From NCBI GenBank assembly GCA_963805945.1, contig CAWDVP010000002.1, positions 576,001-640,000 on the forward strand: a stretch of 64,000 bases of DNA, given 5' to 3'. The DNA comes from Vulcanimicrobiota bacterium. GTDB taxonomy: Bacteria > Vulcanimicrobiota > Vulcanimicrobiia > Eremiobacterales > Eremiobacteraceae. Made by a program: the position numbers and the translations under genes. Shown here piece by piece: positions 9,724 through 19,679 of this stretch. Below the pieces are notes generated by a model. It saw only the letters and a program-made list of their open reading frames with translations, was not told where the DNA came from and did no database searches. Numbering within the stretch: the first letter of the stretch is position 1; each line of letters starts with the position of its first letter.

Positions 9724-11259
9724 CTAACGCGACCACAGCGAGCGGTCGAGCGAGCGATAGCCGACCGCTTCCGCGAGATGCTCCGCCGCCACGCGCTGCG
9801 CACCCGCAAGGTCCGCGATCGTCCGCGCCACCCGCAGGATCCGGTCGTGCGCGCGCGCGGAGAGGTGCAGCTTCATCACCGCGGCGGCGAGCAACGCGCG
9901 TGCGCGGTCATCGAGCGCGCAGTGCTCCCGCAGCGCCTTGGCCGGCATCGCCGCATTGCACTCGACCGGCCCGAGCCGCTCGCGTTGCCGTCCCCGCGCC
10001 TGCTCCACCCGCGCCCGCACGGACGCCGATGGTTCGGCGGAGACTTGGCGCGACATGTCCTCATACGGCAGGCGCGGCACCTCGACGTGCATGTCGATGC
10101 GATCGAGCAGCGGCCCGGATAGGCGCGCGAGGTAGCGCGAGATCGCATGCGGCGAGCACGAGCAGCCGCGCAGCTTGTCGCCGCTGTAACCGCACGGACA
10201 TGGGTTGAGGCTCGCGAGCAGCATGAAGCGCGCTGGATAGGTGACCGTGGCGGCCGTGCGCGAGACGGTCACCGAGGCGCTCTCGAGCGGTTGGCGCAAT
10301 ACCTCGAGCGCCGAGCGCGGAAATTCCGGCAACTCGTCGAGGAAGAGCACGCCGCAATGCGCGAGCGACACCTCGCCGGGTCTAGGCACGGAGCCGCCGC
10401 CGACGAGCGCGGTCGCGCTCACCGTGTGGTGCGGCGCGCGGAAAGGCCGCGCGGTGACGAGCCGCGAGCGGTTGCGCAACAGGCCGCTCACGCTGTAGAG
10501 CTTGGTGACTTCGAGCGCTTCGTCGCCCGTCATCGAGGGCAAGATCGACGGCATGCGGCGCGCCAGCATCGTCTTACCGCTGCCGGGTGCGCCGACGAAC
10601 AGCAGGTTGTGACCGCCGGCCGCGGCGACTTCCATCGCCCGCTTGGCGCGATCCTGGCCGCGCACGTCCTCCAGGTCCTCGACATAGTGCGTCTCGTCGC
10701 GGACGGTCTCGCGCGCCGCACCGCCGGACGCGATGCCGCTGGGTGCTTTGCCCAAGACGACGTCGACGGCTTCTTGCAGCGTGCGCACCGGATGCAGCGT
10801 GAGGCCGTCAATCAGCGCGGCTTCGGCGAGATTGTCGACGGGCAAAATCAGCCGCCGATGGCCGGATTTCTTGACCCCGATGGCGATGGGCAGCACGCCG
10901 CCGACCGATTTGACCGCGCCGTCGAGCGCGAGCTCGCCGATCGCCACGACGTCGCGCAGCAAGCGCGCGTCGAGTTGCTGGTCCATCGCGAGGATCGAGA
11001 GCGCCAAGGCGACGTCGAACGCCGCGCCTTCTTTGCGCACGTTCGCCGGCGCGAGGTTGACGACGACCTTGTAGGTGGGGAAAAGGTAGCCGCACGAGCG
11101 CACCGCGGCATTGACGCGTTCCTTGGATTCCTGGATGGAGCGGTCGGGCAGGCCGATGATGTGGATGCTGACGTCGGTCGTCGCGATGCCGACGACCTCG
11201 ACGCGCACGACGTACGCGTCGATGCCGCGCACGGCGGCCGAATATCCGATGGCGAGCAC
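9724..11259 (-). CDS. YifB/ComM family Mg-chelatase-like AAA ATPase
   Basis: VNLAPA, GAPGSGKTMLARR, RPFRAPHH, PGEVSLAH, FLDELPEF, NPCPCG. Confidence 0.93.
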   Translation of the reverse strand: MLAIGYSAAVRGIDAYVVRVEVVGIATTDVSIHIIGLPDRSIQESKERVNAAVRSCGYLFPTYKVVVNLAPANVRKEGAAFDVALALSILAMDQQLDARLLRDVVAIGELALDGAVKSVGGVLPIAIGVKKSGHRRLILPVDNLAEAALIDGLTLHPVRTLQEAVDVVLGKAPSGIASGGAARETVRDETHYVEDLEDVRGQDRAKRAMEVAAAGGHNLLFVGAPGSGKTMLARRMPSILPSMTGDEALEVTKLYSVSGLLRNRSRLVTARPFRAPHHTVSATALVGGGSVPRPGEVSLAHCGVLFLDELPEFPRSALEVLRQPLESASVTVSRTAATVTYPARFMLLASLNPCPCGYSGDKLRGCSCSPHAISRYLARLSGPLLDRIDMHVEVPRLPYEDMSRQVSAEPSASVRARVEQARGRQRERLGPVECNAAMPAKALREHCALDDRARALLAAAVMKLHLSARAHDRILRVARTIADLAGAQRVAAEHLAEAVGYRSLDRSLWSR

Positions 11260-11295
11260 GTCAGCTCTATCACCAGCTACGTGCGGCGCGTCAAG

Positions 11296-11403
11296 TCAGT
11301 GGTGCGGACCGACCACGCCTTTGGCGATGAGGAACATCTTCGTGTTGATGACGAGGAACCGCCACGCTTGGAAGGGCCAGAACTGCCGCCAGAATCGTCC
11401 CAC
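11296..11403 (-). CDS. 35-aa SQR-associated small protein (not in the ORF track)
   Basis: GTG start 10 nt after the SQR stop; MGRFWRQFWPFQAWRFLVINTKMFLIAKGVVGPHH*. Confidence 0.6.
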   Translation of the reverse strand: MGRFWRQFWPFQAWRFLVINTKMFLIAKGVVGPHH

Positions 11404-11413
11404 GGCCGCGCGC

Positions 11414-12841
11414 CTATTCCGGGATCAGCTGCCAGCCCGGTTTGGCCTGCAGCTTCCACAAGAACGCCGAGTGCAGGGCGCGCTTGGTCCACGCGCCCGC
11501 GAGACCGATATCGAGATCGCACAACGCAAGATCGCGTCCACGCTCGGGATAGCGTTGGAAGTCCCGCACCACCGGCGTCATGATGATCGACGCCGCTGAG
11601 CCGTTCCATATCGACTTGCCCATCGACGCGATGCAGGCGGCGGGGATCTCCGACATGCGGGCATGGTGGGTCGGCGCCTTGCCGGCGACCCGTTCCGCGA
11701 TGTTCTGCGCGACCGTGCGCCCCATGATGCCCGACACCATGCCGGTTCTCGGCGGGGTCGCCGTGATGGCCAGACCGCTAGCCGCTTTCTTGCCCTTCGA
11801 GATCGGATGCGGCGGCGCGAAGGCGATGCCGGCCGCGTAGACGTTGTCGTAGTGCGGCGACACGTAGGTCGCCGGCCAATCCGCGGCGCGGTAGTCGGCG
11901 TATTGCCGCGGCGTGTAATCGGCGTCCACGCGCATGAACCCGTTCGGCAGCGTCATCTTCTCGCCGAGATCGCCGCCGTCGCTTGCGACGTACTTGACCG
12001 GGATGCCGCGGAACTGCGGGATCAGCATCGCCAGATCGTACTCGATCGTGCCCGGATCCTCGCCGATCTGCTCGTAATGCAGCACGCCGGGCTCGACCTT
12101 GGTGACGGCTGCCGCGACCTTCGCGATGATGCGCGCCTCGTCGAGCAGCATGCGCACCATGCCGGCGCCGGTCACGAGGATTCCGCGCTTGATCGCCTCG
12201 ATGCCATCGACGCCGAAATCGCCGGGTTCCGGTTCGTTGGTGATCCACACGAGATCGGCGTTGTCGCGCAGCCCGCGCGCGCGCAGATCCGCGTCGACGT
12301 TCATCAGATATTCGAAAGCGGCGCCTTCGCACGTGGCCGACGGGTGGCCGACGCCGACGACGATCCGCCGCTTCTTGCCCGCCTTGAGATCCCGGACAAT
12401 CGCGAGATACTTATCGCGGGCGTCGATCGCATGCTCGACCGAGCACACGCTGGTCGTGTTGCCGGTCGCGGGGCCAAGCCCGGGTGTACCTTCGAAGTTC
12501 AGGTACGGTCCGGTCGCGTTGAGCAGGTATTCGTACGAGAGCGTCCGCTCCTCGCCGGATGCGCTCGTCACGATGACCTGCCGGTCATCGGGCTTGATAG
12601 TCGTGGCTCGTCCATCGACGTAAGTGATGCCGAGCTTCTCGTAGACCGGAGCGAGCTCGAAATGCACCTCGTCCGGCGCCATGGTGCCGGTTCCCACCCA
12701 GATCAGGCTCGGAAACCAGGTGAAGCGATTGCGCGGCGAGACGACGGTGACGTCGGCGGTGTCGTGGACGAGCGTCGAGAGGTGCAGCGCGGCGGTGTGT
12801 CCGGCAAAACCGGCGCCGAGGATCACGATGCGCGGTTTCAT
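11414..12841 (-). CDS. sqr: sulfide:quinone oxidoreductase (SQR-type flavoprotein)
   Basis: GAGFAG, SVC, TCEGAAFEY, PPRTGM and ACIA cysteine motifs typical of SQR. Confidence 0.8.
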   Translation of the reverse strand: MKPRIVILGAGFAGHTAALHLSTLVHDTADVTVVSPRNRFTWFPSLIWVGTGTMAPDEVHFELAPVYEKLGITYVDGRATTIKPDDRQVIVTSASGEERTLSYEYLLNATGPYLNFEGTPGLGPATGNTTSVCSVEHAIDARDKYLAIVRDLKAGKKRRIVVGVGHPSATCEGAAFEYLMNVDADLRARGLRDNADLVWITNEPEPGDFGVDGIEAIKRGILVTGAGMVRMLLDEARIIAKVAAAVTKVEPGVLHYEQIGEDPGTIEYDLAMLIPQFRGIPVKYVASDGGDLGEKMTLPNGFMRVDADYTPRQYADYRAADWPATYVSPHYDNVYAAGIAFAPPHPISKGKKAASGLAITATPPRTGMVSGIMGRTVAQNIAERVAGKAPTHHARMSEIPAACIASMGKSIWNGSAASIIMTPVVRDFQRYPERGRDLALCDLDIGLAGAWTKRALHSAFLWKLQAKPGWQLIPE

Positions 12842-12914
12842 GTGATAACCGTACATCGTTTGAGCCGCAATCGTGAGAAGAAGCCGTGAAGGACGTACCC
12901 CCGTGGTACGTGCA

Positions 12915-13532
12915 TCACGGGACGATAGGCGAACCCTCGATCGGCCACGGATTATGGATCTTCATGCGCCGCATGTCCGGCGGGTAGGTCGTGGTATGTA
13001 CTTGCAGCCAATCCTCGGAGAGCACGGCGAGGTACTCGAAATTCTCCCACAGCGCATCGTCACTGTCAGCCTCACGGAAGAACGCCGTCAGCGGCTCGAG
13101 ACGGCGCCATAGACCGAGCAGCGGGCTGCAGAAACCCTCCACGAAGATCGTCTTGTCGATGATGCCGTTGCGGACGAGAACGCCTAGCTCTTCGTACGTG
13201 TTCGCGGAGGCGACGACCGCAGCACGCAGCTCGGCGTGTTTCGGATCGGCCGAGGGCGTCGCCCCGCGCGCCAGCGCCAACCAATAGCCGCGAAAGGCGG
13301 GATCCTCGGCGGCCGATGCGAGCTGCGCGCCGATAAGGTCCGTGGCGGCGCGGAAAGCGGGGCCGTTGATGACCTGCGTGATGTTGAGGATGGCGTTGAT
13401 CTGATTTCCCGCGTGCAGGTGACGCAGCTGGACCAGCGCCACCACGGCGGTCGCACCGATGATCGCGACCGTCGCGAATGTACCGAGGATGCTGAGCTGC
13501 TCGAGCGACATGGCGGCCTCCGACGTCGACAT
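12915..13532 (-). CDS. DUF4760-like membrane-anchored protein
   Basis: N-terminal TM plus ALVQLRH..GNQI; NTYEELGVLVRNGIID; WENFEYLA. Confidence 0.75.
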   Translation of the reverse strand: MSTSEAAMSLEQLSILGTFATVAIIGATAVVALVQLRHLHAGNQINAILNITQVINGPAFRAATDLIGAQLASAAEDPAFRGYWLALARGATPSADPKHAELRAAVVASANTYEELGVLVRNGIIDKTIFVEGFCSPLLGLWRRLEPLTAFFREADSDDALWENFEYLAVLSEDWLQVHTTTYPPDMRRMKIHNPWPIEGSPIVP

Positions 13533-13651
13533 GGCCGCCTGAGAAAGACGGCCGGTTGGTCTTACGAGCCCGTTTTGTCGCCGCAGCTCGGCCTCCCTCG
13601 CCGGAGGAGTAGTTCACGTCCTGCCCCAGAAGGTGCGCGCGGGAGGGTGAG

Positions 13652-14209
13652 ATGCCGCTCGAGGTTTGGAGCACCGTCGCAAGCATCGGCACGTTCGTCG
13701 TCATCGCGGCGACCGCGATCGCCGCGCTCGTCCAGCTGCGCCACATGCGCAGCGGCAACCAGATCGCGGTCTACGCGCATCTCGAAGAGCAGTACGACAG
13801 CGATGTGGTCCGAGCGTCGTTCCGATTTATCACTCAAGAACTTCCAGAACGCATAAAGGACCCGGCGTTTCGCCGCGCTCTGTCGGGCGCCAGCATCGGG
13901 GAGGAGGCCCGCGCGATTCTGCCATTGATCAACGTGTACGAGAACATGGGCACGATGGTGAAGCACGGCTACGTCGACAAGGACTTCGTCCTCGACACGT
14001 ATGGCGGCCAGATCATCGGCGCCTGGGAGGGGCTTGACGCCGTGATCCCCATCCTCCGACGTGCGCAGGGATCCGCGGTCGCCATCAACTTCGAGTTTCT
14101 CGCGTCGGTCGCCAAGCAGATGATGGATGCGCACAGATACGACGTCTACCCGCGCGGCGTGCCGCGCATGCCGCTCGACATGACCTGGGTCGACGCGGAC
14201 CGCGCGTAA
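13652..14209 (+). CDS. DUF4760-like membrane-anchored protein (paralog)
   Basis: ALVQLRHMRSGNQI; NVYENMGTMVKHGYVD; NFEFLA. Confidence 0.75.
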   Translation: MPLEVWSTVASIGTFVVIAATAIAALVQLRHMRSGNQIAVYAHLEEQYDSDVVRASFRFITQELPERIKDPAFRRALSGASIGEEARAILPLINVYENMGTMVKHGYVDKDFVLDTYGGQIIGAWEGLDAVIPILRRAQGSAVAINFEFLASVAKQMMDAHRYDVYPRGVPRMPLDMTWVDADRA

Positions 14210-14216
14210 CGGCCCT

Positions 14217-15908
14217 GTGTCCGTTCAAGTCCCCGAAGCGCAGCCGGCCCGCCGGCAAGAGGCATGGCTGCTCGGCGCGCTCGTGGCGGTCGGCGTCGCG
14301 TTGCGCATCCCGGAGCTGTTCACCGGCATCTACAACGATGAAGGCGCCACGTATTTCGACATCGTGCCGAAGACGCTCGGCGCATCGCTGCAGCAGATCG
14401 CCTTCACGGAGTTGAACCCGCCCGGCTACTTCCTGTTCATGCGCGTCTGGGCGCACGCGTTCGGCACGAGCGAGTTCGCCTTGAAGTTCCCGTCGTTCGT
14501 GTTCGGCGTGGCGCTTATCGTCGTCACGTACGTCGTCGCGCGCACGATCGCGGGCCGCACCGCCGCGCTCGTCGCCGCGTCGTTCGCCGCGATCTCGACC
14601 ACCGGCATCATGCTGTCCGGCAGCGCGCGGCCGTACACCCTCGCGGCGCTGCTCGCCGGCTGCACGGCGATCGCGTTCCTTCAGATCTTCTACGGCCGTC
14701 GTGCATACGCGGCGGCGGCCGCCTTCGCGCTGTGCGGCGCCGCGCTCGCGTGGGTGCACTACACCGGACTCATCTTCATCGCCGGTCTGGCGGCAAGCGC
14801 GCCGTATCTGATCTGGCGAGATCAGCTCGTGCGACGGATTCCGCCGCTCATCGTGGGCGTGCTGGCCATCGCGCTCGCCTTTGCGCCCTGCCTGCCTTTG
14901 CTCGCACCTCGACTCTCGGGGCCGGCGTGGGCGCCGTCGATCTGGTTCGGCGATTATTTCGGCCGCGCCATCGAGCAGCTCGGATTCCTCGTGCCGCTCG
15001 ACGTCATGCACGTGCAGATCGCGTTTCTCGCGGCGCTGGGCTGTGCGATCTCGCTCGTGGTCATCGCGCTGCGCGTCGCGCGCGGTGACCGCGCGTCCCT
15101 GCCGAGCGGACCGCTCGCCGCCGCCGCTATCTGCGTCGCGGTCGGCGTGCTCGTCGAGACGCCGCTGTTCTTGCACACGCTGTGGTACGTCTTCGTGTTC
15201 TCACCGCTCGCGCTCGCGTTGCTCGCTGCCGGTTGCGTGTGGGTCGCGCGCACGGCGACATCGGCCGCGACGCCGATGGCATACCGCGTGGCGTTGCTGC
15301 TCGTCGCGCTCTACATCGTGATTCCGGCGGTGCCAGCGCAGGCCGCGCGCTATGCGTGGTTCTACACGCACCTCGAGCGGTCGGGGATGCGCGCGCTCGT
15401 CAAGGACGCCGTCCGGGTGGCCGGCGGCACACGGACGCTGTACGTCGCAGCGCCTGATTTCTTCGCCGCGCCATTCGCGTATTACACGCGCACGCAGCCC
15501 GACATCGCGCTCGTCGGCTTCGCGCATTGGGACTCGCCGCAGCTGTACTGCACGCTGCACTACGAACGCGCGTGGCGCGCGCCGGATGCGGTCGCCGCGA
15601 CCGAACGCAGGATCGCGCAGCTCGTCCCCAGCCGCTTCGACCGCATCGCGCTGATCATGGACGCCAAGGCGGCCGATCTCGGCAGCGTGCCGTACAGCCG
15701 CGTGTGGGACTTGCGCAAGGGGCTCGAGCGCCGCTATCGCACTATCTACACGGGCGCGTACGATGGGTACAACGAGCCCGTGCTGCTCGTCATGCTTGCT
15801 CCGGAGAGCTCGGCGCAGCGGGGCGTCTCGCCGGTGCGCTCGCCCGATGACAGGCACGGGCAAGCGGCGTTGAACGAACCGGAGGCAAGCGAGTGCCCGG
15901 CGCCGTGA
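14217..15908 (+). CDS. GT-C fold (PMT/ArnT-like) membrane glycosyltransferase
   Basis: YNDE, NPPGYF, SEFALKFPS, ARPY motifs; multiple TM helices. Confidence 0.8.
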   Translation: MSVQVPEAQPARRQEAWLLGALVAVGVALRIPELFTGIYNDEGATYFDIVPKTLGASLQQIAFTELNPPGYFLFMRVWAHAFGTSEFALKFPSFVFGVALIVVTYVVARTIAGRTAALVAASFAAISTTGIMLSGSARPYTLAALLAGCTAIAFLQIFYGRRAYAAAAAFALCGAALAWVHYTGLIFIAGLAASAPYLIWRDQLVRRIPPLIVGVLAIALAFAPCLPLLAPRLSGPAWAPSIWFGDYFGRAIEQLGFLVPLDVMHVQIAFLAALGCAISLVVIALRVARGDRASLPSGPLAAAAICVAVGVLVETPLFLHTLWYVFVFSPLALALLAAGCVWVARTATSAATPMAYRVALLLVALYIVIPAVPAQAARYAWFYTHLERSGMRALVKDAVRVAGGTRTLYVAAPDFFAAPFAYYTRTQPDIALVGFAHWDSPQLYCTLHYERAWRAPDAVAATERRIAQLVPSRFDRIALIMDAKAADLGSVPYSRVWDLRKGLERRYRTIYTGAYDGYNEPVLLVMLAPESSAQRGVSPVRSPDDRHGQAALNEPEASECPAP

Positions 15909-16142
15909 GCCGAGATTTTCGGTTTTTTCGCGCGGTCGGGGCCGGGAATAATGCCGTCGAGCCCCGTAATGACGGGCTCAGAAGCGTCCTTAAAGGCTTT
16001 AGGCGGGCTTAACTATTGTGATGTTTTCTATGCACATATCCACACAAACCGAACGAAACCGTGTGGATAGGAGCGGCGAGGGCCGCTCGAACACCCATAC
16101 GCCTTGTATCGTTCGGTAGGACGAACGCATTGGGAGGACAGT

Positions 16143-17087
16143 TTGAAATATCAGGCAGTCGCCGCAACAGCATTCGCGCTCGCGATCGCGCTGAGCGCGT
16201 GCGCGAAGAGCTCCGCACCGAGCGGCACCGGCACGAGCGCCGGCGGCGGCAAGAACATCGCCGTGTCGCTGTTGGATCTCGAGGCCCAGTTCTATCAGAC
16301 GATGGAGCAAGGCATGAAAGACGAGGCTGCCAAGGACGGCTACACCATCACCTTCACCGACGCCAACCACAACCAGGCCAAGCAGACCTCGCAGGTCGAG
16401 GATTTCATCAGCAAGCACGTCGACGTCATCATCTTGTCGCCGGCTGATTCCAAAGCGGTCGGTCCGGCCATCGTCGAGGCGAACAACGCGAAGATCCCGG
16501 TGTTCACCGCGGACATCGCGAGCACGGCCTCCAACGGCGTCGTCGTCTCGCACATCGCGTCGGACAACATCCAAGGCGGCCGCGTCGCCGCGGATCTGCT
16601 CGGCGCAGCGCTCAACGGCAAAGGCGACGTCGCGATCATCGACGAGCCGGAGGTGACGTCGGTGCAAGACCGCGTCAAAGGCTTCCGCGCAGAGCTGACG
16701 GCGAAGTACCCGGGCGTCCGCATCGTCGCGGATCAGACGGCGGGCGGCGAGCGCGCGCGCGCGGCGACCGTCACGGATAATCTGCTGCAAAGCTTCCCGA
16801 ACCTCACCGGCATCTTCGGCATCAACGACGACTCGGCGCTCGGCGCGCTCGCCGCGGTGCAGTCCGCCGGCAAGGTCGGGGTCATCAAGATCGTCGGCTA
16901 CGACGCAAACCCGGAAGCGAAGCGGGCGATCGACAAGGGTGAGATGGTCGGCGACCCGGAGCAGCACCCTGACCAGATCGGCGCGCTGACGATCGACGCG
17001 ATCCACGACTACTTCGCTGGCAAGACGCCGCCGGCGCGCATACCGGTCGCGGTCGGCTCGTACACGGGGAAAGCGCCGGCCAAGTAG
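16143..17087 (+). CDS. ribose-type sugar ABC substrate-binding lipoprotein
   Basis: GGGAGG RBS, TTG start, LSAC lipobox, IASDN..GG, GINDDSALGA, VGYDA. Confidence 0.88.
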   Translation: MKYQAVAATAFALAIALSACAKSSAPSGTGTSAGGGKNIAVSLLDLEAQFYQTMEQGMKDEAAKDGYTITFTDANHNQAKQTSQVEDFISKHVDVIILSPADSKAVGPAIVEANNAKIPVFTADIASTASNGVVVSHIASDNIQGGRVAADLLGAALNGKGDVAIIDEPEVTSVQDRVKGFRAELTAKYPGVRIVADQTAGGERARAATVTDNLLQSFPNLTGIFGINDDSALGALAAVQSAGKVGVIKIVGYDANPEAKRAIDKGEMVGDPEQHPDQIGALTIDAIHDYFAGKTPPARIPVAVGSYTGKAPAK

Positions 17088-17092
17088 GCGTC

Positions 17093-18613
17093 ATGCAGAC
17101 ACCGGACGCCGTCACCGCGGCGCCGCCCTACCTCGTCTTACGAGGCATCTCCAAATCGTATCCCGGCGTGCTCGCGCTCGACGGCGTCGACTTCGACGTG
17201 CGGCCGGGCGAAGTGCACGCGCTCGTCGGCGAGAACGGCGCGGGCAAGTCCACCCTCGTCAACGTCCTCTCCGGCGCGGTGCGCGCCGACGCGGGCACGA
17301 TCGAGGTCGGCGGCCATCAGGTCACCATCGATTCGCCGAAGCGCTCCGAAGCGCTCGGCATCGCGGTCATCCATCAAGAGTTCAATCTCGTGCCGGAGAT
17401 GACCGCGGCGGAGAACGCGCTGCTCGGCCATGAGCCGACGCGCGGCATGACGATCGACCGGCGCGAGCTGCACGCGCGCGCGGACGCGCTCTTCGCGCGG
17501 CTCGGCGTGAGCCTGCCGGCCGGCGCGCCGGTGAAGACGCTCTCGGTCGCGCAGCAGCAGATGATCGAGATCGCCAAAGCGCTGTCGGTCAACGCACGCG
17601 TGATCTTCATGGACGAGCCGTCTGCGGCGCTCACCGGTCGCGAGGTCGACCGACTCTTCGAGATCATCCACACGCTCGCCGCGCAAGGCGTCGGGATCGT
17701 CTACATCTCGCACCGGCTCGAAGAGGTGTTCGCGATCGCCGACCGGATCTCGGTGATGCGCGACGGCAGGCTGATCCGCACCGCCGATAAACGAGAGCTG
17801 ACGCAAGACGACGTCATCCGGCTCATGGTAGGCCGCGCGCTGGACGCGCACTTCCCGACGCTGCCGCCCGATCCGCCGCGCGACAAACCGCTGCTCGCGG
17901 TGCGCGGTCTCACCACGCCCGGGCGCATCGAGGACGTCAGCTTCGATCTGTTCCCCGGTGAGATCTTCGGCATCGCGGGGCTCGTGGGATCGGGCAGCAC
18001 GTCGCTGCTGCGCGCGCTGTGCGGCGCGGATCGCTTCGCCTCCGGCAGCGTCGCGCTGTCGGGCACGCCACTGCATCTGCACGATCCGGCCGACGGCATC
18101 GCCGCGGGACTTGCGCTCGTCACCGAAGACCGCAAGACGCAAGGGCTCGTGCTGGGCATGTCGATCCGCGAAAACGTGACACTGCCGCATCTCGCCGACT
18201 TCGCCGAGCACGGCGTCATCGAGCGAGGAAAAGAAGCGACCGCCGTCGCAACCCTGGCGGCCGAATTGCGCATACGCTCGCGCTCTATCGAGCAGGCGGT
18301 GCGTTCGCTCTCCGGCGGCAACCAGCAGAAGGTGGTGCTCGCGAAGTGGCTGCTCGAGCGCGCGCAGGTGTTGTGTTTCGATGAACCGACGCGCGGCATC
18401 GACGTCGGGGCGAAGGCCGAGATCTACGAGTTGATGGTGTCGCTCGCGAAGTCGGGGACGGGCATCATCATGGTGTCCTCCGAATTGCCCGAAGTGCTCG
18501 GCATGTCGATGCGCGTCGGCGTCATGCGCGGCGGCCGCCTCGTCAAGGAGTTCGCGCGCGGCGAAGCCACCCAAGAGGCGGTGCTGCGCCTCGCGGCAGG
18601 CGCGGCGGCATAG
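17093..18613 (+). CDS. sugar ABC transporter ATP-binding protein (RbsA-like)
   Basis: GENGAGKST, LSGGNQQK, DEPTRGIDVGAK; two NBDs. Confidence 0.95.
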   Translation: MQTPDAVTAAPPYLVLRGISKSYPGVLALDGVDFDVRPGEVHALVGENGAGKSTLVNVLSGAVRADAGTIEVGGHQVTIDSPKRSEALGIAVIHQEFNLVPEMTAAENALLGHEPTRGMTIDRRELHARADALFARLGVSLPAGAPVKTLSVAQQQMIEIAKALSVNARVIFMDEPSAALTGREVDRLFEIIHTLAAQGVGIVYISHRLEEVFAIADRISVMRDGRLIRTADKRELTQDDVIRLMVGRALDAHFPTLPPDPPRDKPLLAVRGLTTPGRIEDVSFDLFPGEIFGIAGLVGSGSTSLLRALCGADRFASGSVALSGTPLHLHDPADGIAAGLALVTEDRKTQGLVLGMSIRENVTLPHLADFAEHGVIERGKEATAVATLAAELRIRSRSIEQAVRSLSGGNQQKVVLAKWLLERAQVLCFDEPTRGIDVGAKAEIYELMVSLAKSGTGIIMVSSELPEVLGMSMRVGVMRGGRLVKEFARGEATQEAVLRLAAGAAA

Positions 18614-18616
18614 CAG

Positions 18617-19672
18617 ATGGCCGGATTGGGCACACCCCCGGTGCAAGCGGTGGACGCATCCGAAGCCGCTGCGGCCAAGGCGAACGCCGCCAAGCGCCGT
18701 GCCGCGGCGCTGCGCGGCGCGGGCCTCGTGACCGGTCTGGTGATCCTGCTCGGCGTGCTCAACGCGCTCACCCACGGCGATTTCCTCGCGCCCGGCAACG
18801 TCGTCAACGTGCTGCGGCAGATCTCGGTGAACGCGATCCTCGCGGCCGGCCAGACCTTCGTCATCATCACCGCCGGCATCGATCTCTCGGTGGGCTCGCT
18901 CATCGCGCTCACCGGCGTGCTCATGGCGGGCACGCTCTCGCACGAACAATCGGGCGTCTTCGGCGTCGCGCTCGCGATCCTCATCGGCGTCGGCGTCGGC
19001 GGCTTCGCAGGCGGCATCAACGGCTTTCCGGTCGTGCGTCTTGGCCTGCCGCCGTTCATCACCACGCTGGCGATGATGCTCATGGCGCGCGGTCTCGCCT
19101 TCCTCTATACCGGCGGCAGCCCGATAGAGATCGACAATCAGACTTTCAACTTCATCGGCAGCGGTCTCATCCCCATCGGCCGCGTGCTCGGTATCCCCGG
19201 CATTCCGGTGCCGGTGCTCGTCATGGTCGCGGTGGTGGCGGCGGGCCATTTCGTGTTGACGCGGACGCGCTACGGTCGCTACGTGTACGCCATCGGCGGC
19301 AACGAGGAGGCGGCGCGGCTGTCGGGCGTCAACGTCTTCGGCGTCAAGCTCGGGGTGTACGTGATCTCCGGCGCGCTGGCGGGCGTCGCCAGTCTGCTGC
19401 TGGCGGGCCGGCTGAACTCGGGCATTCCGCAATCGGGCGAGGGCTACGAGCTGCAGTCGATCGCGGCGGTCGTGGTCGGCGGCACCTCGCTCATGGGCGG
19501 GCGTGGCTCGATGACAGGGACGTTCGTCGGCGCGCTGCTCATCGGAATGCTGTATAATCTGATGAACCTGCTCAACGTGCAGTCGTACGCGCAGGAAGTC
19601 GTGCTCGGCGCGGTGATCTTGGCGGCCGTGCTGCTCGACGAACTGCGCAAACGCTACTTCGTGTCAGGATAA
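18617..19672 (+). CDS. sugar ABC transporter permease (RbsC-like)
   Basis: GIDLSVGS, AIGGNEEAARLSG, ELQSIAAVVVGG. Confidence 0.93.
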   Translation: MAGLGTPPVQAVDASEAAAAKANAAKRRAAALRGAGLVTGLVILLGVLNALTHGDFLAPGNVVNVLRQISVNAILAAGQTFVIITAGIDLSVGSLIALTGVLMAGTLSHEQSGVFGVALAILIGVGVGGFAGGINGFPVVRLGLPPFITTLAMMLMARGLAFLYTGGSPIEIDNQTFNFIGSGLIPIGRVLGIPGIPVPVLVMVAVVAAGHFVLTRTRYGRYVYAIGGNEEAARLSGVNVFGVKLGVYVISGALAGVASLLLAGRLNSGIPQSGEGYELQSIAAVVVGGTSLMGGRGSMTGTFVGALLIGMLYNLMNLLNVQSYAQEVVLGAVILAAVLLDELRKRYFVSG

Positions 19673-19679
19673 GGAGCAC

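Noticed and set aside
13544..13580. AAAGACGG.. imperfect palindrome between the DUF4760-like genes as a REP
   Set aside because: No GTAG/GGAG foot and poor stem match.
15959..15981. GAGCCCCGT..ACGGGCTC hairpin as a terminator
   Set aside because: No U-tract; function cannot be supported.
17138..19432. Long antisense ORFs (764 aa here; also 50493-52694, 57903-59885, 10147-11583)
   Set aside because: Shadow frames of high-GC genes, Arg/Ala-rich with no motifs.
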